From positions 310,001-374,000 of the forward strand of contig NW_027191472.1 in assembly GCF_011745625.1 (NCBI RefSeq): DNA of 64,000 bases, read 5' to 3'. Below, in pieces: positions 11,243-23,300 of this stretch; position 1 is the stretch's first letter, and each line of letters starts with the position of its first letter. The notes beneath the pieces were generated by a model. The model saw only the letters and a program-made list of their open reading frames with translations. It did no database searches and was not told the DNA's origin. The translations under genes and the position numbers were made by a program. The DNA is from Cladosporium halotolerans. Its lineage: Eukaryota.

Positions 11243-12666
11243 TCAATCCTCAAAAGCAATCTGCTCGCTCTTGAAAAAGTAATCATCCGGCGGGTTGGGC
11301 TTCCCGTCCAAATGCGGCCCCGGCCGCCAACTGAACCGCTCCCAGCTCACGCCCCGCATGCGCTTCATCTCCTTGTCCTTGTACAGCTTCGGCTCCCACG
11401 CCTGCACCTTCGCCCACTCGTAGATCATCCGCCGGATGTAGCATGCTTCCGCCGCTGGAGTCATGTACCGGTCGCGGAACGTCCGCCGGCTCTGCTCGGC
11501 GATGCGCTCTGCTTCGTCGGGGTGCGCGAGGTAGTGGTCCATTTGCGCGGGGAGGTCGGACCAGTCGTTTTTCACGGCGATATAGTTCTGCGCAGGGCCG
11601 GAGGCGTTGAGGAGCGGGTAGAAGTGTGCGACCCATTGCAGCGGGTTGTGGATTACGATCGCGCTGTTGCAGTTGACGAGGTTGCGCAGCCGGCCTGACC
11701 ACGAGTTGCCTTCGGTGTGCGCGAGGAACTGCCAGCTGCAGTGCGCTTCCATGTCGACGGGCGTGCCTTTGCCGCCCCAGCGGATGTCCTCGACGTCGGA
11801 CCAGGGTTTGTCTTTGCTGGCGGCGAGGAGCGCGGTGCGGATGGTTGAGACGACTTTGCCGACGTCCAGTTGGCCGCGCCAGAGGAGCTTGGGTTTCTTC
11901 TTGTGAAACGGCGTGAGGAACTGCTTGCTCTTCTCGCGGAAGGCGCGGTAGCCGCCCACGCGGTCCCAGTCGGACGAGGCCCAGCCGTTGAAGTCCGGCA
12001 TGACCCAGGTGTGCTCGTCGGCCAGGTTGCGCGTCCAGGCCCAGACGGTGCGGCCGGGGCGGACGGGCGATGGGTTTGGGTGGTCCATGCGGTCGATGGT
12101 GAACTCGACGTTGGGCAGCACGCGCGGGTCCGGGATGGCGGTCATGGCGCGGTAGATCATGGCGGCGCCGTGCAGGTAGCGGTTGCGGTCGACCACGCCG
12201 GCCTTCTCGCCCGTCACGTACAGGTCGCCATCGTAGATGAGGAGCTTGAGCTGGCCGTGGGCTTTGTCGGGCTCGTGGGTCCAGAACTTGATCTGATCTG
12301 CTTTGATGCCGCCTTGTCTTTCGTGGAATTTCCGGGCTCGTTCGACTTCGGCATATTGTTCGGGGAAGGCAATCTGAGTGTTGTCAGTAGAATCAGGGTA
12401 TTGTCGATAGAAGCTAGACATACTTGACACTGCTCTTCTGTGAGCCCGAGGTTGCGTTCATCGCGCTCCGAAACGAAGTCCCATGCGGTCCCGTTCACAG
12501 GCTGCTCATAAGCGTAATGATCCGTAGGCTGTGGCCGAGGTTTGCGTAATGACGACAACGAGGGCACGTATGGGTTATCAGCAGGCACAGCAAGGTAAAA
12601 CAAGAGGAGGGTCGCGAGAGCAGCGACGGCAATGATCCATAGTTTTCCCTTCACAACGCCCACCAT
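11243..12666 (-). CDS. Glycosyltransferase family 90 (CAP10/DUF821-like), type II membrane protein
   Basis: ATG at 12666 with N-terminal TM. Intron 12374-12423 (GTATGT...CTGAC...CAG) joins the two ORFs. Motifs PNVEFT, WVMPDF, KLLWRG, HTEGNSWSGRL and AEACY. Confidence 0.87.
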
Positions 12667-14496
12667 TTTGCACGGCAGAAGTGACCGCGAGCGGCGGGAA
12701 TGGTGACGGGTGAAGACATGAGCAGCTTCAAAGAAAGGTAGGGACCAAGCGGCTACAAAAGCCATGCGTGGCTTGCGTCAAAGTGCTCGCAAGCTCCAGC
12801 GGCGAGACATGCCCTACCAATGGCGACTGCACAGCCCCAAAGGATACCATCTACTTCCCTCGAATGCCACGAACCTACCTAGGGCGAGGGCGGCATGGCT
12901 AGCCTCGCTTGGCAGGATGTAAGCTAGAGGGCGCTAGGACTTGAGCCCGGCGGATTGCTTGTGCAAGCATAAAGTTTCCAATGGCTACACATTGACATTT
13001 GTTTGGCGGAGGTGGGAAGCAAGGCGCCGCGTGGAACGGCTGGACAGCTGATGAGAAGGACGAGTGAGGTGCCAAAGTGCCGGCTCGGCCGGTGGCGCTC
13101 GAAGGCGCACCGAGAGGAGACGCCACCCCCAATGTGCGCGGGATAACTCTGGCCCTCGCGGACGATCTTGCGAGGAGTCCTGCGGAGAGATCCTTCGAGA
13201 GTAGGATGGATCAGCTTCGGAGTTCGAGTTGTCGATTCCTTGCCGACACAGGTATGGCGTGATCCGGCTTGTTCCAGATCGCGTCACCTTGCTGAAGGTT
13301 CCTTGCTTGATACAACGCTTCAGAAGTAATTCCGTCATGGATAGCAGCTTCTACGCCAGCTACCCGTCATCAACATGATGGCAAGGCTATCAGGCGAGCA
13401 TCATGAAATGAAAGTGGTAGCAAACAACACAGTTCCATCGATGCCAGGGTGCCCCACAAGGTGGCGCCTCGCGCGGAGTTCGTCGCGATTATCAGAGCCC
13501 GATGGTGGGAGCGCCAAGCCGCTTTCCGGGAGCTTGAGGACCCTGTTTCAGCCACGAACACGTGCAATGGCCCCACTGGAGCCATTTAATGTACCTTATC
13601 AGCGTGCCATACGCGGCACGATGTGAGATGCCGCTTGTTTATGTTTGCACTGTTCCGGTGATATCACTGCGCTTCCTGAACTGTCGAAGTCGGCCGTTCA
13701 GTGAAGTTTGGGGAGATGGCTGAAGGAAGACCAGCTGGGTGCAACACCACAGGCTGTGATTGGCTCGGGTACATCCGGCGCTAGCTCCTGGCGCTGTCAG
13801 TGAATTGTTCAGATTCACGTGACGTCCTGCTTTGCGCAAAGTGATCGCGACTGAACGCACCTCCCATCAGCTTTGGAGCGTGCTATTCGCAGCACCGCTG
13901 GGAGCCATGTTCCACCTGCTAATAAGAGCGCTCATGCCCCCACCTACCGCAAGCGCTATCTACGGGCTGGTCTTTGAGGTGGTACACCCGCCTCTTGCCG
14001 GCTTCATAAGTCTGGAACATTTGTGCTCTGCGGAGTTCTTTCTGCTTTTTAATATGAAAGATGACCGTAATGATTAGCCAGGCTCAATTCTTTCCTTTCG
14101 TGGAACCGTAGGGCAGCTCTTTCGTGATTCTAGCTTGGACGTATCCCCACACAACAGAAGCCATGACAACGCGTTCTCTTTGAAACTTGCAACTTTGTTC
14201 TCCATGACTTGCATGAAAGAGCACAGGTTGAATTCGTTGGAGCATTGTCTAATTTGGGCGAGGTTTCAGGGCTTTGGATGGCACGCAGTCAACGAAAGAC
14301 CGATGACCATAGGGGAGAGGGACAGCATTGTAAAGACTCGACTCGAAGTGGTGCGTCCTCTTTCAGAGGAAGATAACACTTGCCTACAACTCCAGCGCAG
14401 AGCGATCATCAACCATCTTAACCACTGCGCTACTGTGGACACCTTTCTGACATGAATTCTCCATCCTAACAACCGCCTGCAATACTGACACTCATC

Positions 14497-15565
14497 TCAC
14501 CCTGGAATGGCATAAATCAATGTACCTACAGCATGAGTGATGTTGCCAGGAGCCGTAGCAATACCATCAAGTCCACTTCCAGGTTTTGCTTGCCTCTTTG
14601 CAAAGGAAACAGCTTCTCCGAGGCCTTGCTCGTACATCCACAAGACTGCTTCCGAAGGCTGCAACTTGACCATCTCTTGATACTTCGTCTCCGTATTGTT
14701 TTCGAACCAGGGCTAATCAGAAGCTTTTTGGTCAACAATCGAATTCGCAAAGCTGATGGCCCCATCGTGACAATTGTTGAAGGCTCGCCAGTACGTCCCG
14801 AAGCCATCCATGGTGGTCTTCGCCGCTTGAAGTATCTCCTCATCACTATGTCTAGTCCACCAAATCAGACAAACGTAGTACTCTTTGCCCCCGGAAGAGG
14901 CGACGGTGGGAGTAAAATAATTGACGCGATTGGCTTCTCTTCTTGCCATGTCGAGCTTCCATTCGCCGACACGGTAATTGTACTTGGCGAACATACCACT
15001 CGAGTGTTCTGGAATGTCGGAATTCTCGTCAAGCTGATTGAAGGCGGCAAGTTGCTGATGGTTTTTGGATTCTGACTTGTGCTTGTTTCCATCCAACCGT
15101 GTTCCCTCCTCGTCCCTTCGTAGCTCGTACTTCCGCAGCTCGTAAGCAGTCTTGCCGATAAAGCGACCAATGCCTCAAGTTCCCGTGCTCGACGAAACGG
15201 GAGAACCAGATCTGCTTGTACCCCTCGCGCACTTGCGATTCTTCAGACTGCCTTTTCTTGACTTCCAGCTCAATCGGAGGCATCTCGCGCCGATCGATCG
15301 TGTCGTGTGCTGCCACATCATGAAGATGTCTACGGGAAGGATAGTGGACTCGACATTGTGTGCAGATGAACACGATGGCGATAGGAATGACAACGAGGGC
15401 GATGAGACCGAAGAATTTTGTGGTAGATCTGCTTGGTCCGTTACGTTCGTAATTGTCGTCGTCGTCTCGATGGCAGATGATCGACTTGCCGCTACCGCTC
15501 GGAAGAGATTCGGCGAAGGAGACCAGGAACCATGCGAGGATCAACAAACGTGAAGATTGTGCCAT
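14497..15565 (-). pseudogene. Disrupted gene for a signal-peptide/TM protein with a permuted papain-like (PPPDE/LRAT-type) domain
   Basis: MAQSSRLLILAWFLVSFAES (signal-like), then a TM, then RHWSL. A frameshift near 15160 continues as IGKTAYEL...YWRAFNNCHD...FA. An in-frame TAG at 14713-14715 is followed by about 70 further open codons to TGA at 14497. Confidence 0.6.
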
Positions 15566-16758
15566 TGTGGGAGGCAAGTCAAGGGTTTGAAGGCCTATGC
15601 CGTCAAACCTACGGGCGCTCCGCTTACTGTCATATGTATATGGCATCTCGTGGTCAAAACAGTTCTTTGCAAGCACTCTCCCGATCTTCTGCACACGTGT
15701 AGCACACAGCTGAGAGAAAGAGTGTCTTCTCCGCGGCATGAGCTGCTGATAAAAGGTCCGACCTGTTATTTGAGACTTCGAAGTTGCGATGCATGCACCT
15801 ATCCACCGGCTTCACCGACTGGTGTTTGTAAATCTGGATGGAAGCCGGCACATTTCGCCCGCGAGGACCTGATTGGTGAATGTGTCTTGTCAGCCTCAAT
15901 CTTGCACGTTACTTGGCTGTCGATATTTCACGCCATCAGGCGTGTAGGCGCGTTTCCTACGCATCATGCATATGCATCCCGCGGCCACCTGGATGTAAGC
16001 GGACTGCGGTCCGGTACTGTATATACCCGAGTCCCTTGCTTGTGTAGCCGTGCGTTCGGTGATCGACCAGTCCTGTTGACGGTTACAAGGATGGTGAAAA
16101 TGGCCGCTGCATCTGACATAAGCCACATGGAATGATATCGGTGACAAGGAGAGGAAGTGTTATGTGCCTACCTTATCATGCCCGATGAACACCGGATTGA
16201 TCTTCCTTTGCTTGATTTTAATGTCCGGTGACACTGTGTAGTATTCCGTAATTGGTATGTTTCCGTGCAGCGTCGCACAAGCTGGGCTGTAGGTCAACAC
16301 CCATGTGGCCTACAAGCTGGTAAGGCACGGCTGGAGCTGAGATTGGTCGAACACAAGCAACAGCTGCGGCTGAGGATCTTTTGACATGGCATGATGGAGG
16401 GAGTTCTGAGCATGAGAAGCGGCGAATACATTGCAGCTCTGATAACGCCCAGCACGAGACACGGGCCCTGAGATGCGACACGAGGTTGCGCTGTTGGTAG
16501 AGGCGAAGGCTCGCAAAGTGAAAGCGCGTGTCACGGAAATTCGTCCAGAAGGTGGTTGAGAGCAGTGAGATCAACCGCATGACCTTTATGTCGTGAGAAT
16601 ACCGAGTATGCATCACTTAAGCGTTCGGAAATTCTCGCTGTGCAATGAATCGTAAAGTCGTCGAGCATAGAATACAATGTCTCCTCTTCATCCACAGCGG
16701 TGCATGGGTGGCATATCTTACAAACACCGACATGAAATCCTTCGCAGCAAATCAGCAC

Positions 16759-18069
16759 CTATGCCTTCGCCTTCAACTCCTTCAGTCTCGCCTCCCCGTT
16801 TTCTACTCCCTCAGCGAAACCTAACGCCTTCGCCAGACTGACCGCCTCGCCATATTTCCGCCTTGCCTCCGCTACATCGCCCCTCATCTCCGCAAACTCG
16901 CCCAGATTATGCAGCGCAACAGCACATCCCATATCGCACTCCTCGTCACGTGCCGGCGGCTTGATGCCAGCGGCAACATCAATTGCCTTCTGCGCCCACG
17001 TCTGCGCATTCTCCAGCATCGTCTCGCGCGTTACGGGCGGGCGCGGTGGCGCGTCTTCCGGAGCGGAGAGAGTCTGGCTCTGAGCATATTCTTGTGCAGC
17101 TTTGGCAGCACGTGGCGATTGCTGAGCCAGGCTGGTCGCGAGGTTGTTCATTAGAATCACGCTGTGGCAGGTGCTTGCACCGTGCAGGCTGAGTGCCTGC
17201 AGGAACAAAGGTGTCGCCAAGTGGTGCTGGTCGCGCGACTCGTAAGTGTGCGCGAGCGTTTCCATCGCGGCGCCGATTTCGCTGTCCGATAGCCACGCGC
17301 CTTCCTCTTCTTCGTTCACCTTCAATGTGTCGCGGCGCTGTCGCTCGCGCAGGATCGTCTCCACTGCCCATGCCAAGCGAGCCTCGGCCACGTCCCGGTT
17401 GTAAATAACGGGCTGAGAGTACAGTTCGCCAAGCTTGATGGAGATGGCGACGCACTTCTGCAGCACGCGCGTGCGCTTATGCTTGTTTTGCTCGAGCCCG
17501 CCCAGCTGCTCAATCCACTGCAGGCTGTCGCGGCGCAGGATTTCCAACACCTGAATGGCTTTTGTGAACTGCTGGATGTTCTCCAGCATAGCTGCGACCT
17601 GAATCTTGACTCCCATGATCTCGTCGCTGAACGGGTCCATGCCGATCTCCTCCGCCACCTGCAGCGCTTGCCGGTAGTATTTGAGCGCCTCCTTGGGCTG
17701 TAAGTCCTGGTTGGTGTAATAGAGGGCGCGCCGGAGCTTGACCGCGACAGGTTCGGGGTATTTGTGGAAGGCGGCGATGATATAGTTCTGGTAGACGTAA
17801 TTGGCGTAGACAACGGTGAAGGCGCCGAAGATGATCGCAATGCTCGCTAGCGAGACAGAGACGGGGTACTCCCAAAACAGCGCTTTGGCTTTGCCGCCGA
17901 AGGAAGAGGCGTTACGGCGGTACTGGTTGGCGCCTTGAAATCGCGATCCACGGATGTTTTGGCGGAATGGTGAGGGTCGTGTGCGGAAGGTGTGGAGGCA
18001 TCTTGATTGTGTCGATCGTGAAGATGCCTGCTGTAAAAGGCGTGCGAAGGGTGTCCTGAATGCAGACAT
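16759..18069 (-). CDS. TPR-repeat mitochondrial inner-membrane protein (Mgr3-like)
   Basis: Arg/Ser-rich presequence-like N-terminus, one TM (VSLASIAIIFGAFTVVYANY), YPEPVAVKLRRALYY and several TPR-like helices. First ATG at 18069; the ORF-track start at 18129 is TTG. Confidence 0.75.
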   Translation of the reverse strand: MSAFRTPFARLLQQASSRSTQSRCLHTFRTRPSPFRQNIRGSRFQGANQYRRNASSFGGKAKALFWEYPVSVSLASIAIIFGAFTVVYANYVYQNYIIAAFHKYPEPVAVKLRRALYYTNQDLQPKEALKYYRQALQVAEEIGMDPFSDEIMGVKIQVAAMLENIQQFTKAIQVLEILRRDSLQWIEQLGGLEQNKHKRTRVLQKCVAISIKLGELYSQPVIYNRDVAEARLAWAVETILRERQRRDTLKVNEEEEGAWLSDSEIGAAMETLAHTYESRDQHHLATPLFLQALSLHGASTCHSVILMNNLATSLAQQSPRAAKAAQEYAQSQTLSAPEDAPPRPPVTRETMLENAQTWAQKAIDVAAGIKPPARDEECDMGCAVALHNLGEFAEMRGDVAEARRKYGEAVSLAKALGFAEGVENGEARLKELKAKA

Positions 18070-18147
18070 TTTGCCGAATGGTGGTATAACTGAAGGAGCG
18101 GCGTTGGAGAATTGATGGAGCTTCGTCAATGCCGTTGGAGTCCATGC

Positions 18148-18167
18148 ATCTTATCTAGAGATAAGAT
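18148..18167. promoter_or_regulatory. Palindromic pair of GATA sites in the short divergent promoter between the TPR and SRAP genes
   Basis: ATCTTATCT-AG-AGATAAGAT is a perfect 9-bp inverted repeat with AGATAA on each strand. Confidence 0.45.
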
Positions 18168-18272
18168 CGAAGTCGACGCATGACATCACGCCACCCTCTA
18201 GCTCAATGCTGCCTTGAGCTCTGAGTCGCGATTGTGGTCCTCCATATGTGAGCTTGACAATTTGCTGTAAAG

Positions 18273-19685
18273 ATGTGCGGTCGGTATGCTCTTTCTCTGC
18301 GACCGTCGCAGGTTCGTCAGCGGCTCAACGATCAGCACATGCCGGCGGACGAGGCTCCAGACGACGACAACGACCGCATCCGGCAGAGCTACAACTTCGC
18401 ACCTGGTTATCATGGACTGATATACCGTGCTGCGACATCCGATTCTGGAGCCAGCTCGCACAATGATGAAGGCCGAAATGATGCCGATGACTCTGGAGAG
18501 CCTTCTCCAAAGCGAGCAAAGACATCTCACACAGCTTCTCAATCTGTCGACGGCCACGCCACAGCGGAGACAAAGTACAAGATCCAGGCCGCAAAATGGG
18601 GACTTGTGCCCTTCTGGACCAAGCGCCCACCCGATTACGGCAGTCAAATGCGCACGATCAACTGCCGTGACGACAGCCTGATTGAAAATCGTGGCATGTG
18701 GAACACGATGAAACAGCGCAAGCGTTGCATCGTCGTCGCCGAAGGTTTCTACGAATGGCTCAAGAAGAACAATGGCAAGGAGAAGCTGCCACATTTCGTC
18801 AAGCGGAAAGACGGCGAGTTGATGTGTTTCGCGGGCCTCTGGGACTGCGTACAGTACGAGGGAAGCGATGAGAAGCTGTACTCGTATACGGTCATCACGA
18901 CAGATTCGAACAAGCAGCTCAAATTCTTGCACGATCGTATGCCTGTCATTCTGGAATCTGGAAGCGACGCGATGAAGAAGTGGCTCGATCCAGGCAATGT
19001 CGGCTGGTCAAAGGAGCTGCAGAGCCTGCTAAAGCCCTTCGACGGCGAGCTCGATTGCTACGCTGTCGACAAAGCAGTCGGCAAAGTGGGCAACAACAGT
19101 CCTCAGTTCACAGTCCCTCTCGTCAGCAAAGAGAACAAAAACAACATCGCCAACTTCTTCGGCTCCCAATCGTCCTCACAGAAACCAAAGGCCGAGCAAA
19201 AATCCCCCGCCAAACCACCACCCTCATCACCCAGCATCAAACAAGATCCTCCCGACCCACGTGCGACCTCCATCAAAGCAGAAGATCCAGAGTCCAACGC
19301 CCCTCTCCCAGTCCCCCCTCCACAAGCACCGACAGACTCCCCAACACCCTCGACGACCCAACAAATCAAACGCGAAACCTCCGCCATCTCTGACTCTTCC
19401 CTCGCCAACGCCGCCTCCGAGCTGACGGACAAGAACATCGAGCGCGAGAGCTCCGCCGTCGACGACGAGACTCTACTGCAAGCGGCGAAGGACGCCAGTC
19501 TGCAAGAGACGCAGCAAATCAAGCAGGAGCAGTCTCCCAGTCAGAATAGTAGTCCGGTGCAGAAGAAGAGCGGTGGGGTCGGTGCGGGTAGCAAGCGCAT
19601 GCGCAGTGCTACTAGTAACGGTACGGTGGCGAAGAGTCCGGTCAAGGAAGGGAATGCTAAGATCACGAGTTTCTTTGGGAAGTAG
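18273..19685 (+). CDS. SRAP-domain abasic-site protection protein (HMCES/YedK, DUF159)
   Basis: Catalytic N-terminal MCGRY, plus SYNFAPG, KWGLVPFW, RCIVVAEGFYEW and HDRMPVIL. C-terminal PIP-like KITSFF. Confidence 0.93.
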   Translation: MCGRYALSLRPSQVRQRLNDQHMPADEAPDDDNDRIRQSYNFAPGYHGLIYRAATSDSGASSHNDEGRNDADDSGEPSPKRAKTSHTASQSVDGHATAETKYKIQAAKWGLVPFWTKRPPDYGSQMRTINCRDDSLIENRGMWNTMKQRKRCIVVAEGFYEWLKKNNGKEKLPHFVKRKDGELMCFAGLWDCVQYEGSDEKLYSYTVITTDSNKQLKFLHDRMPVILESGSDAMKKWLDPGNVGWSKELQSLLKPFDGELDCYAVDKAVGKVGNNSPQFTVPLVSKENKNNIANFFGSQSSSQKPKAEQKSPAKPPPSSPSIKQDPPDPRATSIKAEDPESNAPLPVPPPQAPTDSPTPSTTQQIKRETSAISDSSLANAASELTDKNIERESSAVDDETLLQAAKDASLQETQQIKQEQSPSQNSSPVQKKSGGVGAGSKRMRSATSNGTVAKSPVKEGNAKITSFFGK

Positions 19686-20383
19686 GGCGCTTGGGCTTTT
19701 ACGAGTACAGCACATGGGTTTGCAGATCACGCGAGTTTCGGAGGAAACGCTTGCGAGCACGTATCGGGCGTAGGAGAGAAAGGGGAAGACGGAACCCCAA
19801 CTCAGCCCCGTCTGCCTCGGATGTTCGCTCTCAAGGATATGGTTAATTGCCACGGAAATGTGAGACGTTGTAAGATTGTATGAGATATCGATTCGCTCTC
19901 TCTTGATTCTACGTACTTCTCTTCCTTCCCCTCCTCTAGCCTGCCCTCCTATGCTTCCTTCACTCTTCCAACGTCGTATCAGTCGTGCAAATCCAGGTAT
20001 ATGCTAAATGAAGAAAGTGCGGTGAAAAAGATGATATCCCCCTCTTCCCCCTCTTCCTCATTTCGTCAGAACGCAACGCCTCGCCGCGTGGGGTTCGGCG
20101 TCATTTGATGAAGAGGTAAGGGTAAAAACAATCGAGCGGTCGTGAGTGCGGTGACAAAGTGAAATGCGATGGGAATGAGACAACCCCTCCTTCTTTTGCG
20201 GACCCGAAAGGGCGCCGAGCAATTCTTCCTCCTCCTCCGTGCCGTGTTTTTCTATGGGTGGCGTAAACCAGCGGTGAAGATGGCGATGCGGGACTTTTAT
20301 TCGCGGACTTCTCCTCCCTCCTCTTCCTTTCCTTACTTCCTCTGCTCTAACAGTGAAGGGGACAATCTCCTCTTGTCCCTCAA

Positions 20384-23300
20384 TCAAGCACCCTCTCCCC
20401 TCTGGCTATCTCGGTCCTTCTTCTTCCTCAAAGCAGGCATGAGCGTCTTCGTGCGCCGCTCCTTCTTGATCTTCGCCGACGCATCCTGCTGCTGTAGCTG
20501 ATGCGCGACGTGCTCGGCCTGCTCGCGGCGCACCTCGCGCTGGTACGACGGCAGAGCGGTCGTATGCTCCGTGTCGCTGCTGACGGTGCTTGAGACGTTG
20601 CTCGGACTTCCGCTGGCGGTGCCGGTGGGCGACTCGATTGACAGGCGTGCGGGGCGACTCGGACGCTGGAGCGTGAGCGGGCGGCGCGTGCTTTTAGGTC
20701 GGATCGGGGGCGGAGGCATGTCGAAAGCGGATGTGGAGTTGGATCCCGAGTGCGCGGGTGTGGGTTCGTAGTTGCGCGAGGAAACTTCGTCTTCGTCGGA
20801 TTGCTCTTGTAGGTCGGCGGCGGGGTTGTGGAGGGAGTTGGAGAGGGCTTCGATGTGAGGCGGGGATGTGATGGCTGGGTCCGGGGCGAGTCGGCCTGCC
20901 ATGTCGGCTGATGCAGGCCGCTCGAGCTGGTCTATTAGCTCGTCCCACCGAAAACTGAGAGCGCTGTTGGGGCGCTCTGCTCGTTCTGCGCGGCTGAGGC
21001 ATTCTTGTGTTCGAGCGTGCAGGGTGCTGCAAACGTCGTGGAATGTTTTGAGATCGCCCTCGGAGCTGTGAATGGCCTGCATCAGAGTGATTTGCGGCTT
21101 CCCGGTCGCGGTGGTATCATGGTCGCTAGTCTGGGATGTGGTCTCGAGCCAGAGCTGAATGAGCTCGGCGAAGCAGCGAGCTTGATCAATGAGATACGGT
21201 AAGCTTGGAAAACCTTCGCGACTCGTAGGTGGCAGGCGGTGCATAATCGTCATAGGCGTCGTGTAGCTAAGATGTGTCTCGGCGCTCGTGACGCCGCCGA
21301 TGCTGGTGGGAGACGAGCTGTCGGAATGCGAGAACGAGGATGAGAGGAGCGGCGTAGGCACGTAGCAGACGTCGTCGATGAAGCCCTTGAAGCTCTCGCG
21401 GTGCTGTGTAAGGAACTGGTTCATCGGCTCCATCCAGTGTTCTTTGGTCCCGAATGAGGCCATGTTGGCCAGCGTTTGAAGGGACTTGGCGATCAAGGTG
21501 CAAGTTCGGCGAGCCCTAGGCTTCATGTCGTCTGTCACGCAAAATCAATACACATACTCAGTAAAAGCTTGAGGGTGACATACCTTTCATGAGACCGAAG
21601 AGCTTCGGGTTGAGAACAGCCGGACAGAAGAATCGCAGAAACAGGAATCCCGACACACTGCTGAAGCTCACGCTCCGCAAGAAATCGCCGTACCGATCCT
21701 CAGCACACGCTCGCACGTGCCTGAAGATGCGCCTCAATTCGATCGGGCACTTTGCCTTTGCAGTCACGATTGACTTCCACACTTCCTGTGTCAAGCCGAG
21801 TAGACGCCGCCAGTTGCGATCCAGATCACCTGGCACTGCGACCCTGTTGGGATCGACCTCGCAATCCATGTCCTTTTCATTGATGTCCCTGACCTGAGCA
21901 CCAAGAGCCTCTTCCAGATATTCTCTGCCGACCCGGCGCATGTGACTGTCCAGACTCTTCGTCAACAGTGTGTTGCCTCTGAAGAGTAAATTGGCCTCGA
22001 GGGTAGCATTCTTGTTCATGTCGCGGACGATGAGCTCCCGATCTTGGTTCGCGACCCCAGGATGGCTCTCGCTACTATCGTTTGAGCCCATCCTGCGACT
22101 GTACCGTAACCTGTTGACGGAGCTCTCCTTGTGCACGCTGTCAATCTCGTCTTCAACGAGTGCCATGATCCAATCACTAGCCCGGCCAGACACTTGGAAG
22201 ATGTTGAGGAGACAGTCGCTGAGTCGTTTCAGTTCGCCCGGGATAATCTGCGCAACCTGAAGGGTGAGTCCGTTCGAAAAGCGATGGAGCAAGTCACTGA
22301 GTGGTTGGTAGTCCTTCGACATGAGGACGACGCCTTCCTCAGCTCTAGCTTTGATGAGGATCTCGCCAACGCGCTGGTTGTACATGTTGACAACAGGCCA
22401 CCATTTCTCGATCTCGTTCGCAGCGGCAAGCTCTTCAAGGTAGATTTCGACTTTGCCACAAGTCACGTCGAATGTGATCCCGCTGTATCCTCCCTCAGCA
22501 TTACCGTTGCCGGTAAATCCGTAAGCTTCGTTCACAAGCTTGCTCTGTTGCGACTCTTGTGCGCGTGCGGACTCCGGAGGTCGTCGCTTGATCACGACGC
22601 TCGCACTGTTGAGCACAGGAGGAAGGTCGGTAAACTCGAAAGTCTCGCCCCATAGTGGGTTCAGTCCTTCGTACTTGGCCACGGTCTTGCCTCGGGTCTC
22701 ATTGTCCAGTAGAACCTCCACGTGGTATCCGTATTGCTCTGGACGGATTTGGGGCGCTTTGCCATGCCCACCGCTGAATCCGACGTCTGGAGCGTTCGCA
22801 CCGGTTGGTGGGTACATCTTTGCCTCGACAACACGCACGTGTAGTGAGCGCTCCATGCGGAACATGTCTGCCGTAGAAGTCGCCAGCGTCTCGTGATTCT
22901 CCGTCTCGTCGCTGTCTGGTCGCGGGCCGTACAGTGCTGGTATGGTGAAGGCTCGAAGGAGTACGAACCAAACTTCAAAGAGGACCCTGCTCTCGAGACT
23001 CAGGAAGATCGGTCTGAGCAGTGGGCTAGCGCCGCTTTGGCTGCTTGTGTATTGTGGATAGATCGCGATGCAGTGTTCGTTTCCCAAGACACTGGGGTCC
23101 AATCTCTGAATGGCGCATCTGCTCAGCTGACTGAGCTGCACGACCGAGATCAATGTGTTGTCCGAATCTGAATGTAACTTCAACTCTCCGTTCTCTCTGA
23201 GCTGACCACTGATTCTCCTCCATCGCCTCCCGCCAATGCTTTGAACACGGTAAACTTGCGGCCTTCCAATCGCAGCCTGCCCGAGCGATGACGCTGGTGT

